Shown: positions 11,601 through 22,619, numbered from the stretch's first letter. The stretch is 64,000 nt of DNA from Macrostomum lignano (GCA_002269645.1 NIVC01003431.1:1-64000); one strand, 5' to 3'. Notes: a model not told the origin generated them from the sequence alone. Numbers and translations: made by a program.

Positions 11601-13925
11601 AAGATCACCTTCAAGGACAGCCTCAATTTCATCCCTATTGGTCTGGCGCAATTCCCAAAGGCGCTTGGTTTGGGCACCCAACTGACCAAAGGAGATTTCC
11701 CGCACGTGTTTAACCAGCCTCAAAATTGGGGTACGTCGGTCCCTACTGCTCAATTGATATGTACGGAGGAAAGAAAAACAAGCAGCATGACTCCATCGCT
11801 GACTGGCTGGCCAAGCAGGAGGGACAGGTGTTTAATTTCAATAAGGAGTACCTGGACTACTGCCTGCAGGACACGTTAATTTTGCGGGAAGGCTGTCTGA
11901 AATATACCCGCCTGATTAAGGACATTTGCGGACTGGACGCATTTGTCCAATCCAACACCATTGCGGGCTTGGCTATGGCTGTTTTCACCACCAAGTTTAT
12001 GGAGCCCAACACTCTTGGGGTGATTTCCCGCCGGTCCGATGTACAGTCGCACAAGGCGCGGTGCTGGCTGGCACATTTAAATGCAACCGAGTTTGGCGGC
12101 CGGTTGCGGACAGCGGACTCGGGCGGCGAGGCTTTCGCCATGGGCCGTAAGGTCGACGGCTTCGACCCAGAGACCAGGACAGTGCTGCAGTTTCATGGCT
12201 GCTTCTTCCATGGCTGTCCCAAGTGCTTCCCCAACGGCGACGTGCTGCACCCGCTCAAGAACCAGCCAATGCGGGCGATTTATGAGGAGACTGAGCGCTT
12301 CACCCGGTTGCTCTCCACTGCATACAATGTGCGTGTTCTGTGGAGCACGATTATCAGGACGAGGGAGCGCCAGTCCAGCAGCCTATTCGCCTGGAGGATG
12401 CCCTGTTTGGCGGCCGTACCGAGGCTTTTGTCCCGCATGCCGAGGCCACCGAGACTGTAGAGCTGCGCTATCGGGATGTGGTAAGTTTGTACACTTGTAC
12501 ACACAGTTGACATGCGTTTGAGTTTATCTTATCCTTATCCCCTAGGTGTCGCTCTACCCGACTGTCAACAAGTTTGACAAGTACCCTGTCGGGCACCCGG
12601 TTCACCACCCCGAGCCTCATCTACTGGATGAGCTGCAGCTGGCCCGGTATTTTGGCATCGCCGAGGTGTCGATTCTGCCGCCAACCAATCTCCACATCCC
12701 GCTACTGCCCTCCAAGATTAACAAGAAGCTGGTTTTCGGCCTCTGCCGCGTCTGCATGGAGACCCAGTGCAGCAGCGAGTGTACACACACTGACGCTGAG
12801 AGAATGCTCCGCGGCACGTGGTCGACCCCAGAGCTCCACAAAGCCCTGCAGTTGGGTTACAAGCTGCAGTCAGTTCATGCCCTGGCCTATTGGACCGAGA
12901 CTCGCACGGGCCTGTTTGCAGATTATGTAAACACCTTTTTGAAGCTCAAAGCCGAGTCTAGCGGTTCGCCGGGGATGGCTGAGGACGCCAAGGCTGCCTA
13001 CATGGCCAGCTTTTTCGAGCGCGAAGGCGTCCGGCTGGAAAAGGTGGAGGAGAATCCTGGCCTGCGCTTTGTTGCCAAGATTTTTCTAAACTCGTAAGTT
13101 TTTCTACTTGCAGTGGGGGGCCATGTTTTTCTACTTACATAAAATTTATTTTTCCTCTGCAGGCTCTGGGGCAAGTTCTGCCAGCGCGACGACCTGACCT
13201 CCACAGAGATTGTGGACAGCTACGAGGCGTGGCTGCAGCGCCTGACAGACCCCTCGATCAAGGTCAAGTCGTGCGAGCCAATTGGGGAGAGCTTCATGAT
13301 GCTCGAGTACAAGCCCCGATTTGGCGGTGCTGGCGAGCGGGCGTTCAAGTACGCCAATGTACCTATTGGCGTTTTCACCACCTCCCACGCCCGGCTGCGA
13401 CTCTACGAGGCTCTGGAGGGTCTAGGAACCCGCGTCATTTACGCCGATACCGATTCGTAAGTAATTTTTTCAACTGTCTCTGTCTCTCTTTCTCCCCTTA
13501 ACACTTTTTATCCTTCTCCTCCTCCTCCCAGGGTCGTATACCGCTGCTCCCCGGGCGAGTACGAGCCTCCGGGCGGTTCGAGTTTGGGGCAGTGGACTGA
13601 CGAGGTACCTGCTGGCTGCCGCATGGTACAGTTCACCACGGGAGGCCCCAAGCTCTACCGGTACGTGGTGGAGAAGCCCGACAGGTCGCTGTACTCGGTG
13701 CTCAAGTGCAAGGGCATCAGAGTCACGCCCGAGATTTCCGAGCGCGAGGACGAGCTGCAGGAAATTCTGCGCCACGGGGGCTCTGTCCGCCTGCCCCAGG
13801 CCCAGTTCAGGCGCGATAAGGCCAGCTGTACAATCCGGACCCTGGAGATGGACAAGACTTTCCAGCGCGTAATGACTAAGAGGGTGTATGGGGCCGCTAG
13901 CCGCCCGTATGGCTTTCGTGAGTGA
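8634..13925 (+). CDS. polB: Protein-primed family B DNA polymerase, copy 2: exons 8634-8694, 9707-9751, 9822-10390, 10564-12480, 12546-13093, 13163-13456, 13532-13925 (about 1,270 aa; three 1-nt indels in exon 4)
   Basis: All six introns are GTAAGT/GTGAGT...YAG and splice in frame. Exo I-III: YDFET, HNGSAYD, YCLQD. Pol A/B/C: RDV|VSLYP, KIFLNS|LWGKF, YADTDS|V. Also a Cys-rich zinc region, a Vsr-like VDGFD...QFHGCFFHGC segment, and N-terminal OTU-like DKRCLLRAL...QHF. Confidence 0.93.
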
Positions 13926-14087
13926 GTGAAAGATAAGGATCTGTCTTTACACGCCTGGGATTCCCCTATGTGCCCACTTGGGATCCCTTGACTCTTGGGG
14001 TTGAAAAATGGTTTTACGCCCGCACTGTACTTAGGGGTCCTTACTCATTTGACACCTCCTGTACATTGAGCGGGATTCCTTCAAGTG

Positions 14088-14333
14088 TTAAAACTCCCAT
14101 TTGACACCTATTCCCTCGGGGCGGTTTGTGGCCCAGCGGTCCGCCTCTTGGAGTAGAACTCCTGACATGAACTTGCTGCGCTGATTAGCGTACTGATAGC
14201 GCAATCGAAATACGTCCATTTTTCTAGCCCACTTGTGGGTACATTTACGTTGAAAGATGTTGATGCGTTCAATAACGTTGTAATAATAATAAGTCTCCAC
14301 ATCATAGGGCGGCGAAACCTCCCTTTTGCTCAT
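14088..14333 (-). CDS. Small orphan ORF (81 aa) convergent with polB
   Basis: ATG-initiated, non-repetitive ORF inside the element. No recognisable domain. Confidence 0.35.
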   Translation of the reverse strand: MSKREVSPPYDVETYYYYNVIERINIFQRKCTHKWARKMDVFRLRYQYANQRSKFMSGVLLQEADRWATNRPEGIGVKWEF

Positions 14334-14360
14334 CTATTTTAGACAATAATGAGACTCTGA

Positions 14361-14450
14361 CCCCGGGAGGTTAATGGCCGAGCGGGTAACCCTGGCGGTA
14401 TAAAACAGGGTGACCCAGGCTCGATTCCTGGCTGGGGGCTGTAGACTTTT
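14361..14450 (+). ncRNA. Putative Pol III-type structured small RNA 2 (tRNA-like boxes, not a tRNA)
   Basis: TGGCCGAGCGG A box; 11-bp stem with 11-nt loop; T-arm CCAGG-CTCGATT-CCTGG containing the B box; closing CCCCGG/CTGGGG; TTTT at ~14447. Confidence 0.55.
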
Positions 14451-14513
14451 CCGGCCCCTGCGTCCCTATTGGGTTTAATTGTGTTGAAAGTATATCGGGT
14501 CATTAGGCCGTGA

Positions 14514-15393
14514 ACCCCCCTTTTGGGATTTCCCCGAACCGCTTTTGTTTAATATTTATGCACCTGCGGGTTAGACAATATTTACTCTTTAGTCGGTGCG
14601 ACATTATTTACGCGTCTGTTGCACCTGGGCGTTTGCCTATAATCTGATTATACATGCGTGCCTGTATTATACAACTACACCTTATGCATGCCTTGTAAAC
14701 CTGCTTTATACATTAATCCGATATGTATCGAAAGTACACTTTGTAAACCTGCTGTGTGTATTTCCACCTATGTAGCGTCTACAGTACCTGCTTTGTCTAT
14801 TTCTGCCCATACACCTACATTGTGTGTTTTTGCTGCTCATATGCTCCAATATGTACATTTTAATATGCAATATGCGTCATTATTCACCTACCAATATGTT
14901 TTATCTACATTTTTATGTAAATATACTCAATTTCACCTACTATAAGTAGTTTTCACTAGCCTAATATCGTTGACTACATATCGGGAGAGTGGTAGAGTGT
15001 ACATATCGGTAGAGTGTACACTCGGGGTGCCTGCGGCTCGGTAGAGTGTACACTCGGGGTGCCTGCGGCATGGGCGTCTGCGGCATGGGCGCCTACGGCT
15101 CGGGAGGGTGCGCCTGCGGCTCGGGAGGGTGTACATATCGGGGTACATATCGGTAGGGTGGGCATACATATCGGTAGGTGCGCCTGCGGCTGGGGAGGGT
15201 CGCCGGTGGCTGGGGAGGGTCGCCTGCGGCTGGACGGCGCTTGGCGCCACGCGCCTGCGGCGCGCGCGCGCCGAGCGCCGATATCGATACGGGTATCGAT
15301 CACCTAGTGATCGGGGCGCCAGCCAATGAGAGGCGAGGAGGGTTGACACCCACCTCACCTCCAAAATCAAGCCATCTGCCGTTGCTTAGTAGT
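14514..15393 (+). repeat. Terminal repeat (inferred TIR), copy at the polB-side end
   Basis: Repeat of 6881-7809 with subrepeat copy-number differences. Confidence 0.75.
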
Positions 15394-15840
15394 CCGCAGG
15401 GACTTATTTTAGCGCCACAGGCACTCAGTTTCGCGTTGCAGGGACTCATTTTAGCGCCACAGGCACTCATTTTAGCGCCACAGGCACTCATTTTAGCGCC
15501 GCAGGCACTCATTTTAGCGCCGCAGGCACTCATTTTAGCGCCGCAAGCACTCATTTTAGCGCTGCAAGCACTCATTTTAGCGCCGCAAGCACTCATTTTA
15601 GCGCCGCAAGCACTCATTTTGGCGCCGCAGGCACTCATTTTAGCGCCGCAGGCACCTATTTGAGCACCGCACGCACCATTTTAGCGCCGCAGGCACTCGT
15701 TTGAGCGTCGCAGGCACTCGTTTGAGCGCCGCAGGCACTCGTTTGAGCGCCGCAGGCACTCGTTTGAGCGTCGCAGGCACTCGTTTGAGCGCCGCAGGCA
15801 CTCATTTGAGCACCGCAGGCACTCGTTTGAGCGCCGCAGG
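15394..15840. repeat. 21-bp satellite (GCAGGCACTCATTTTAGCGCC)n
   Basis: Visible tandem array. Confidence 0.95.
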
Positions 15841-16119
15841 CTTGACGCTTGATGCGTATTTTGTTGTTGTTAAAGACTGAAGGTTCGTTCACAACTCACA
15901 CCTGACACCTCTATCAAATCTGACCAGATTTCGTATAGCTAATCTCGAGACTTGTACATCAACTTTCATTCCTTTGTACAAATACATCATTATTTGATGG
16001 CAAGGATGGCGGGAGTGTCAATGAGCCTAATTTACTTCCCTTAAGTCGAAAAGAGACCTTTATTCTAGTCACTATAGAAAGAGTCATAGACAGTTAGCGC
16101 AACCAGAAATTTGTTGAGG

Positions 16120-16950
16120 TGGGGCGGATTCTGGGGAGTAAAGACCCAAATGGCGGATTCTGGAGGGTAAAGACCTAAGGGGCGGATTCTGGAGGGTAAA
16201 GACCCAAGGGGCGGATTCTGGAGGGTAAAGACCCAAATGGCGGATTCTGGAGGGTAAAGACCTAAGGGGCGGATTCTGGAGGGTAAAGACCCAAGGGGCG
16301 GATTCTGGAGGGTAAAGACCCAAGGGGCAGATTCTGGAGGGTAAACACTCAAGGGGCGGATTCTGGGGGGTAAACACTCAAGGGGCGGATTCTGGGGGGT
16401 AAAGACCCAAGGGGCGGATTCTGGAGGGTAAAGACCCAAGGGGCGGATTCTGGGGGGTAAACACTCAAGGGGCGGATTCTGGGGGGTAAAGACCCAAGGG
16501 GCGGATTCTGGAGGGTAAAGACCCAAGGGGCGGATTCTGGAGGGTAAAGACCCAAGGGGCGGATTCTGGAGGGTAAACACTCAAGGGGCGGATTCTGGGG
16601 GGTAAAGACCCAAGGGGCGGATTCTGGGGGGTAAAGACCCTTGGGGCGGATTCTGGAGGGTAAAGACTCAAGGGGCGGATTCTGGGGGGTAAAGACCCAA
16701 GGGGCGGATTCTGGGGGGTAAAGACCCAAGGGGCGTATTCTGGACGGTAAAAACCCAAAGGGGGCGGATTCTGGAGGGTAAAGACCCAAAGGGGGCGGAT
16801 TCTGGAAGGGGCGGATTCTGGAAGGAGGCGGATTCTGGAAGGGGGCGGATTCTGGAAGGGGGCGGATTCTGGAAGGGGGCGGATTCTGGAAGGGGGCGGA
16901 TTCTGGAAGGGGCGGATTCTGAAAAGGGGCGGATTCTGGAAGGAGGCGGA
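16120..16950. repeat. G-rich minisatellite (GGGGCGGATTCTGGAGGGTAAAGACCCAA-type grading into a 15-bp GGGGGCGGATTCTGGAA-type unit)
   Basis: Visible tandem array. Confidence 0.95.
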
Positions 16951-17298
16951 GGGGGCGTCTCTGCTTTGGTGAAAATTCGCTTGGTCTTGGTACCTCAAAA
17001 CCCTTTGAATTTTTTTTCAGGTCTCCGCCCTCCCCCTACTGTTCATAAACAGACTTAAACTTAGTGTCAGTAAGAATTATTCATGATTTTTCAGTTTCAT
17101 TCTCAACTAACTACCATTTGGCTCGGGGCACCTCGATCAGTCGATCGGACTCGTACGAGCTATTAGATTTTTGCATAAATTTTGGACATTCTTTCGTTGT
17201 GTGATCATTTATCTACAAACGTGCATATGAGGGTCGGGGCTTTCGTTGTACGATCCCCGTAATTAAATAACAATCTTAATGGATTATGAAAAAAGACA

Positions 17299-17348
17299 AA
17301 AAATATGGAACGCTTCACGAATTTGCGTGTCATCCTTGCGCAGGGGCC

Positions 17349-17388
<40 letters not shown>

Positions 17389-17405
17389 ACTGCCGAAGCA
17401 AGTAC
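17299..17405 (-). ncRNA. RNU6: U6 snRNA gene, copy 1
   Basis: Reverse complement reads GTACTTGCTTCGGCAGTACATATACTAAAATTGGAACGATACAGAGAAGATTAGCATGGCCCCTGCGCAAGG...CCATATTTTT. TATATATA lies about 25-30 nt upstream. Confidence 0.97.
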
Positions 17406-18094
17406 GATCCTGTAGGATTCGGACCGTATATATACTGACAGAAAATAGAGGTGCAGAGACTAAAGCGCTCGTTTTCGTAGTGAGTTTTACAGCCCTTGCT
17501 AAAATCAAAATTTCATGAATATCAATCGTAAATATTGCCTAAAAATGACAAAACGGTGTTAAAACAATTATTAATTTATTTTATACGACTTTATTGAGTT
17601 CTTTACTCACCAATTTTTATTAAATAAAGCAATAATTGTGTGCTTAACTTGTAAAACTAGCGTAAACTACTTGCAGTAGAGCTATTTGCATGTTGTTTCC
17701 TCGTTAACGCAGCTATGAAAACCCCTTTTTGATACGGATTCTAAATTTACAATTTCTCAAGTGATTGTTCATGTTTTTAGAATTTTAAAGTTTTCGATTG
17801 AAGCTGAGGTTTTAATAACAATTTTGGCCAGGTGGATTAATATAACTATTAAGATTCTACACAGAATAAGAGGTAGACTTATAGTTTAATCATCATGGAA
17901 TGCAGCACTTTATCTTACTCTGCTTATACATCGAGCCTCATCACAAAGTCAGCATTAAAAAGTCATTTTTTGCTACTGCGACTTCACTGCAGATTTAGAT
18001 GGAATAAAATGAAGGGGATAGAGAAAGTGATTGGGCTCGCTTAGCCTTAAAAGCGACATTGCTTTCCGACAGCCAAGCAGCCCTTCGGACTTTG

Positions 18095-18190
18095 TGCTGG
18101 GCAATCAGGTGGAGCTCAAATGGATCCCGGACCACACTGGTTTTCTTAGCAACGAGTACGCTGCCCTGAAACCTCAGCTCCTGGGGCCGG
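18095..18190 (+). pseudogene. Degenerate RNase H fragment, probably from a non-LTR retrotransposon
   Basis: VELKWIPDHTGFLSNEYA resembles the retroelement RNase H motif WVPGHxGIxGNExAD. Confidence 0.4.
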
Positions 18191-19829
18191 GCCCCCATCC
18201 CCGCCTCGGTAATCAACTCCCGGGTCAACGGCTTGGGCTGATTCCGAGCATCTCTTCAGGTGACACGACACCCGGAATTGCAGGCAATCCCGTGCTGCCG
18301 TCCCCTGCCCCTCCCCCCCCCCCCCCTGCACAGAGCTCTCCTTAGGCTTGAACGCAAGGATCTTAGAGCAGTCAGCATGGCCCTCTTCGGGCATGGCTGC
18401 TTCCTTTAGCCACCGCTTCCTTCAGGGCGAGTTAGCATGAGGAGCGGTGCCGCAATTCTGTCGCTCAAGCAATGAAAACTCTGAGCACTTTATCTTTGGG
18501 TTATCGGTATCCTAAGCGGTTATCTTGGGTACCTCAAGGACACGGGACGAGCTGAGTTCTTCCCCACCGCCGGTGAGGAGATACAATTAAGTTAGAAAAG
18601 TTTAAAAAATCAAACATAATATTTAAAATAGAAACCGGCGACAACGCAGCTGATCCCGAAATCATATTCAACGAGCGAGGCAACAAAGACATTCGAAAGG
18701 TCCGCTATAAGTACGCTCGTAGCTTCAAGCTAAGCTCAAAGGAACTCGGAGATCTGAGAAACTTTTTCAGAGATCAGTATCAAATTGTATCTCGGATCGG
18801 TTGGATTGAGCAGTCAGGACAAAGACAGGTCTGTGAAGGTATACTGGAGAGTGTTGCTGAGGTGGATTCTCTCAGAAACATTGCAGAGAGTCGTTCTCAG
18901 ACTAAAAAATTACACTGAACTAATTGTACTGTAATATAATTGATACTTTTTAAAGCACAAAAGTCACTTGAGAGTAAAGAAGTTTATGTAGCTCGTAAAA
19001 CAAAGTATGTAAGCAATGCGACATTTTTAAGTTGGAAGAAATCTGTTTGAGTCTATTGAGTCTATTTATTAATAATTTTAGTATCTGCTATCAATTTGAA
19101 TTTAGGCCAAGTCTCTCAAAGAAGCAGAATCAATTAATATACCTGGATATTTTTCCGCTAAGAGCATATCATCACATTACCTGTCAGTGGCACTGTGCTC
19201 AGCCCAGTGATCAGCCTAGATCACGTAGAGGACGCGGACTGGATCAGCTCACAGGGCATTCAGTACGCTCGTATTGTATAGACCGATTGAACCACTACCC
19301 TTGTCACTGGACAGGCTGTTTGTTGCTATGGGGATTGAATTAAACAGGATTGCTGAGTGCAAAGCAAGGATGCGGCAGCTGGAGGCTGCTGGACTTCAGC
19401 TGGACCCCACAGCTGCTGCCAGACTGCGGGATGAGAAAGTCGCCATGCTGCTGCGGGCCTGCTGAGGTCTTCGTGCTCAGCGATTCTTGACAATCTTGAC
19501 TGTCAGCAATAGCTAACTACTGTTCGAGCCGTATTCACTGTATAGAACGGAGTGTACATTGCATTTACTATTGTTTAATCTTGTAGTAACTTTCAAATTT
19601 CTGCTAAATTTGCTCGGAACAAGGTAAAAATAGTCTGCTCCTAAGCTTCATCTGTTACTAATTCCTGTTTTGTTTTGTTTTAATGACAGCAAAATTCATT
19701 GCGTCATAATGGTCATCAGAAACAATTTATTAAATGAATGATTGACTGTAAATTTACCTCTCTTCAAGGGCGTCGCCATGGATTTTATGGCGGGGGGACA
19801 AAGCCAGGAATTCAACATGTACATGACAA

Positions 19830-22340
19830 AATTTTGGCACTCATTTTGGCGCTGCAGGCACTCCTTATAGCGCCTCAGGCACACATTTTACCGCCGCAGG
19901 CACTCATTTTAGCGCCTCAGGCACTCATTTTAGCGCTGCAGGCACTCCTTATAGCGCTGCAGGCACTCATTTTGGCGCTGCAGGCACTCTTTATAGCGCC
20001 TCAGGCACTCATTTTAGCGCTGCAGGCACTCCTTATAGCGCTGCAGGCACTCATTTTAGCGCTGCAGGCACTCCTTATAGCGCTGCAGGCACTCATTTTA
20101 GCGCTGCAGGCATACATTTTAGCGCAGCAGGCACTCATTTTAGCGCCTCAGGCACTCATTTTAGCGCCGCAGGCACTCATTTTAGCGCCGCAGACACTCC
20201 TTATAGCGCCACAGGCACTCATTTTAGCGCCACAGGCACTCATTTTGGCGCCGCAGGCACTCCTTATAGCGCCGCAGACACTCCTTATAGCGCCTCAGGC
20301 ACTCATTTTAGCGCCGCGGGCACTCATTTTAGTGCCGCAGACACTCATTTGAGCGCCGCAGGCACTCATTTTGGCGCCGCAGGCACTTATTGAGCACCGC
20401 AGGCACTCATTTTAGCGCCGCAGGCACTCATTTTAGCGCCGCAGGCACTCGTTTAAGCGCCGCAAGCACTCGTTTGAGCGCCGCAGGCACTCGTTTGAGC
20501 GCCGCAGGCACCTATTTGAGCACCGCACGCACCATTTTAGCGCCGCAGGCACTCGTTTGAGCGCCGCAGGCACTCGTTTGAGCGCCGCAGGCACTCGTTT
20601 GAGCGCCGCAGGCACTCGTTTGAGCGCCGCAGGCACTCATTTTAGCGCCGCAGGCACTCATTTTACCGCCACAGGCACTCGTTTTGGCGCCGCAGGCACT
20701 TATTGAGCACCGCAGGCACTCATTTTAGCGCCGCAGGCACTCATTTTAGCGCCGCAGGCACTCATTTTAGCGCCGCAGGCACTCATTTTAGCGCCGCAGA
20801 CATTCATTTTAGCGCCGCAGGCACCTATTTGAGCACCGCACGCACCATTTTAGCGCCGCAGGCACTCATTTTAGCGCCGCAGGCACTCATTTTAGCGCCG
20901 CAGACATTCATTTTAGCGCCGCAGGCACCTATTTGAGCACCGCACGCACCATTTTAGCGCCGCAGGCACTCATTTTAGCGCCGCAGGCACCTATTTGAGC
21001 ACCGCACGCACCATTTTAGCGCCGCGGGCACTCATTTTAGTGCCGCAGACACTCATTTGAGCGCCGCAGGCACTCATTTTGGCGCCGCAGGCACTTATTG
21101 AGCACCGCAGGCACTCATTTTAGCGCCGCAGGCACTCATTTTAGCGCCGCAGGCACTCGTTTAAGCGCCGCAAGCACTCGTTTGAGCGCCGCAGGCACTC
21201 GTTTGAGCGCCGCAGGCACCTATTTGAGCACCGCACGCACCATTTTAGCGCCGCAGGCACTCGTTTGAGCGCCGCAGGCACTCGTTTGAGCGCCGCAGGC
21301 ACTCGTTTGAGCGCCGCAGGCACTCGTTTGAGCGCCGCAGGCACTCATTTTAGCGCCGCAGGCACTCATTTTACCGCCACAGGCACTCATTTTAGCGCCG
21401 CAGGCACTCATTTTAGCGCCGCAGGCACTTATTGAGCACCGCAGGCACTCATTTTAGCGCCGCAGGCACTCATTTTAGCGCCGCAGGCACTCGTTTAAGC
21501 GCCGCAAGCACTCGTTTGAGCGCCGCAGGCACTCGTTTGAGCGCCGCAGGCACCTATTTGAGCACCGCACGCACCATTTTAGCGCCGCAGGCACTCGTTT
21601 GAGCGCCGCAGGCACTCGTTTGAGCGCCGCAGGCACTCGTTTGAGCGCCGCAGGCACTCGTTTGAGCGCCGCAGGCACTCATTTTAGCGCCGCAGGCACT
21701 CATTTTACCGCCACAGGCACTCATTTTAGCGCCGCAGGCACTCATTTTAGCGCCGCAGGCACTCATTTTAGCGCCGCAGGCACTCATTTTAGCGCCGCAG
21801 ACATTCATTTTAGCGCCGCAGGCACCTATTTGAGCACCGCACGCACCATTTTAGCGCCGCAGGCACTCATTTTAGCGCCGCAGGCACTCATTTTAGCGCC
21901 GCAGACATTCATTTTAGCGCCGCAGGCACCTATTTGAGCACCGCACGCACCATTTTAGCGCCGCAGGCACTCATTTTAGCGCCGCAGGCACCTATTTGAG
22001 CACCGCACGCACCATTTTAGCGCCGCAGGCACTCGTTTGAGCGCCGCAGGCACTCATTTTAGCGCCGCAGGCACTCATTTTAGCGCCGCAGGCACCTATT
22101 TGAGCACCGCACGCACCATTTTAGCGCCGCAGGCACTCATTTTAGCGCCGCAGGCACCTATTTGAGCACCGCACGCACCATTTTAGCGCCGCAGGCACTC
22201 GTTTGAGCGCCGCAGGCACTCGTTTGAGCGCCGCAGGCACTCGTTTGAGCGCCGCAGGCACTCGTTTGAGCGCCGCAGGCACTCGTTTGAGCGCCGCAGA
22301 CACTCATTTGAGCACCGCAGGCACTCGTTTGAGCGCCGCA
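19830..22340. repeat. 21-bp satellite, long array with internal higher-order repeats
   Basis: Same monomer as 15394-15840. Confidence 0.95.
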
Positions 22341-22619
22341 GGCTTGACGCTTGATGCGTATTTTGTTGTTGTTAAAGACTGAAGGTTCGTTCACAACTCA
22401 CACCTGACACCTCTATCAAATCTGACCAGATTTCGTATAGCTAATCTCGAGACTTGTACATCAACTTTCATTCCTTTGTACAAATACATCATTATTTGAT
22501 GGCAAGGATGGCGGGAGTGTCAATGAGCCTAATTTACTTCCCTTAAGTCGAAAAGAGACCTTTATTCTAGTCACTATAGAAAGAGTCATAGACAGTTAGC
22601 GCAACCAGAAATTTGTTGG

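Larger units (their letters stand above)
7810..15393 (+). mobile_element. Polinton-like pPolB element, copy 2 (polB on plus strand; PC4-side arm truncated or interrupted at ~7810)
   Basis: Complete polB, PC4 gene, small ORF, ncRNA and terminal repeat. The right end abuts a satellite monomer exactly (TAGTAGT|CCGCAGG). Confidence 0.8.

Noticed and set aside
14361-14440. tRNA gene
   Set aside because: It has A/B boxes and a T-arm but no canonical D-arm or 7-nt anticodon loop; recorded as an ncRNA candidate instead.
18620-18920. About 100-codon open stretch (FKIETGDNAAD...)
   Set aside because: No start codon, recognisable motif or convincing neighbouring exons.
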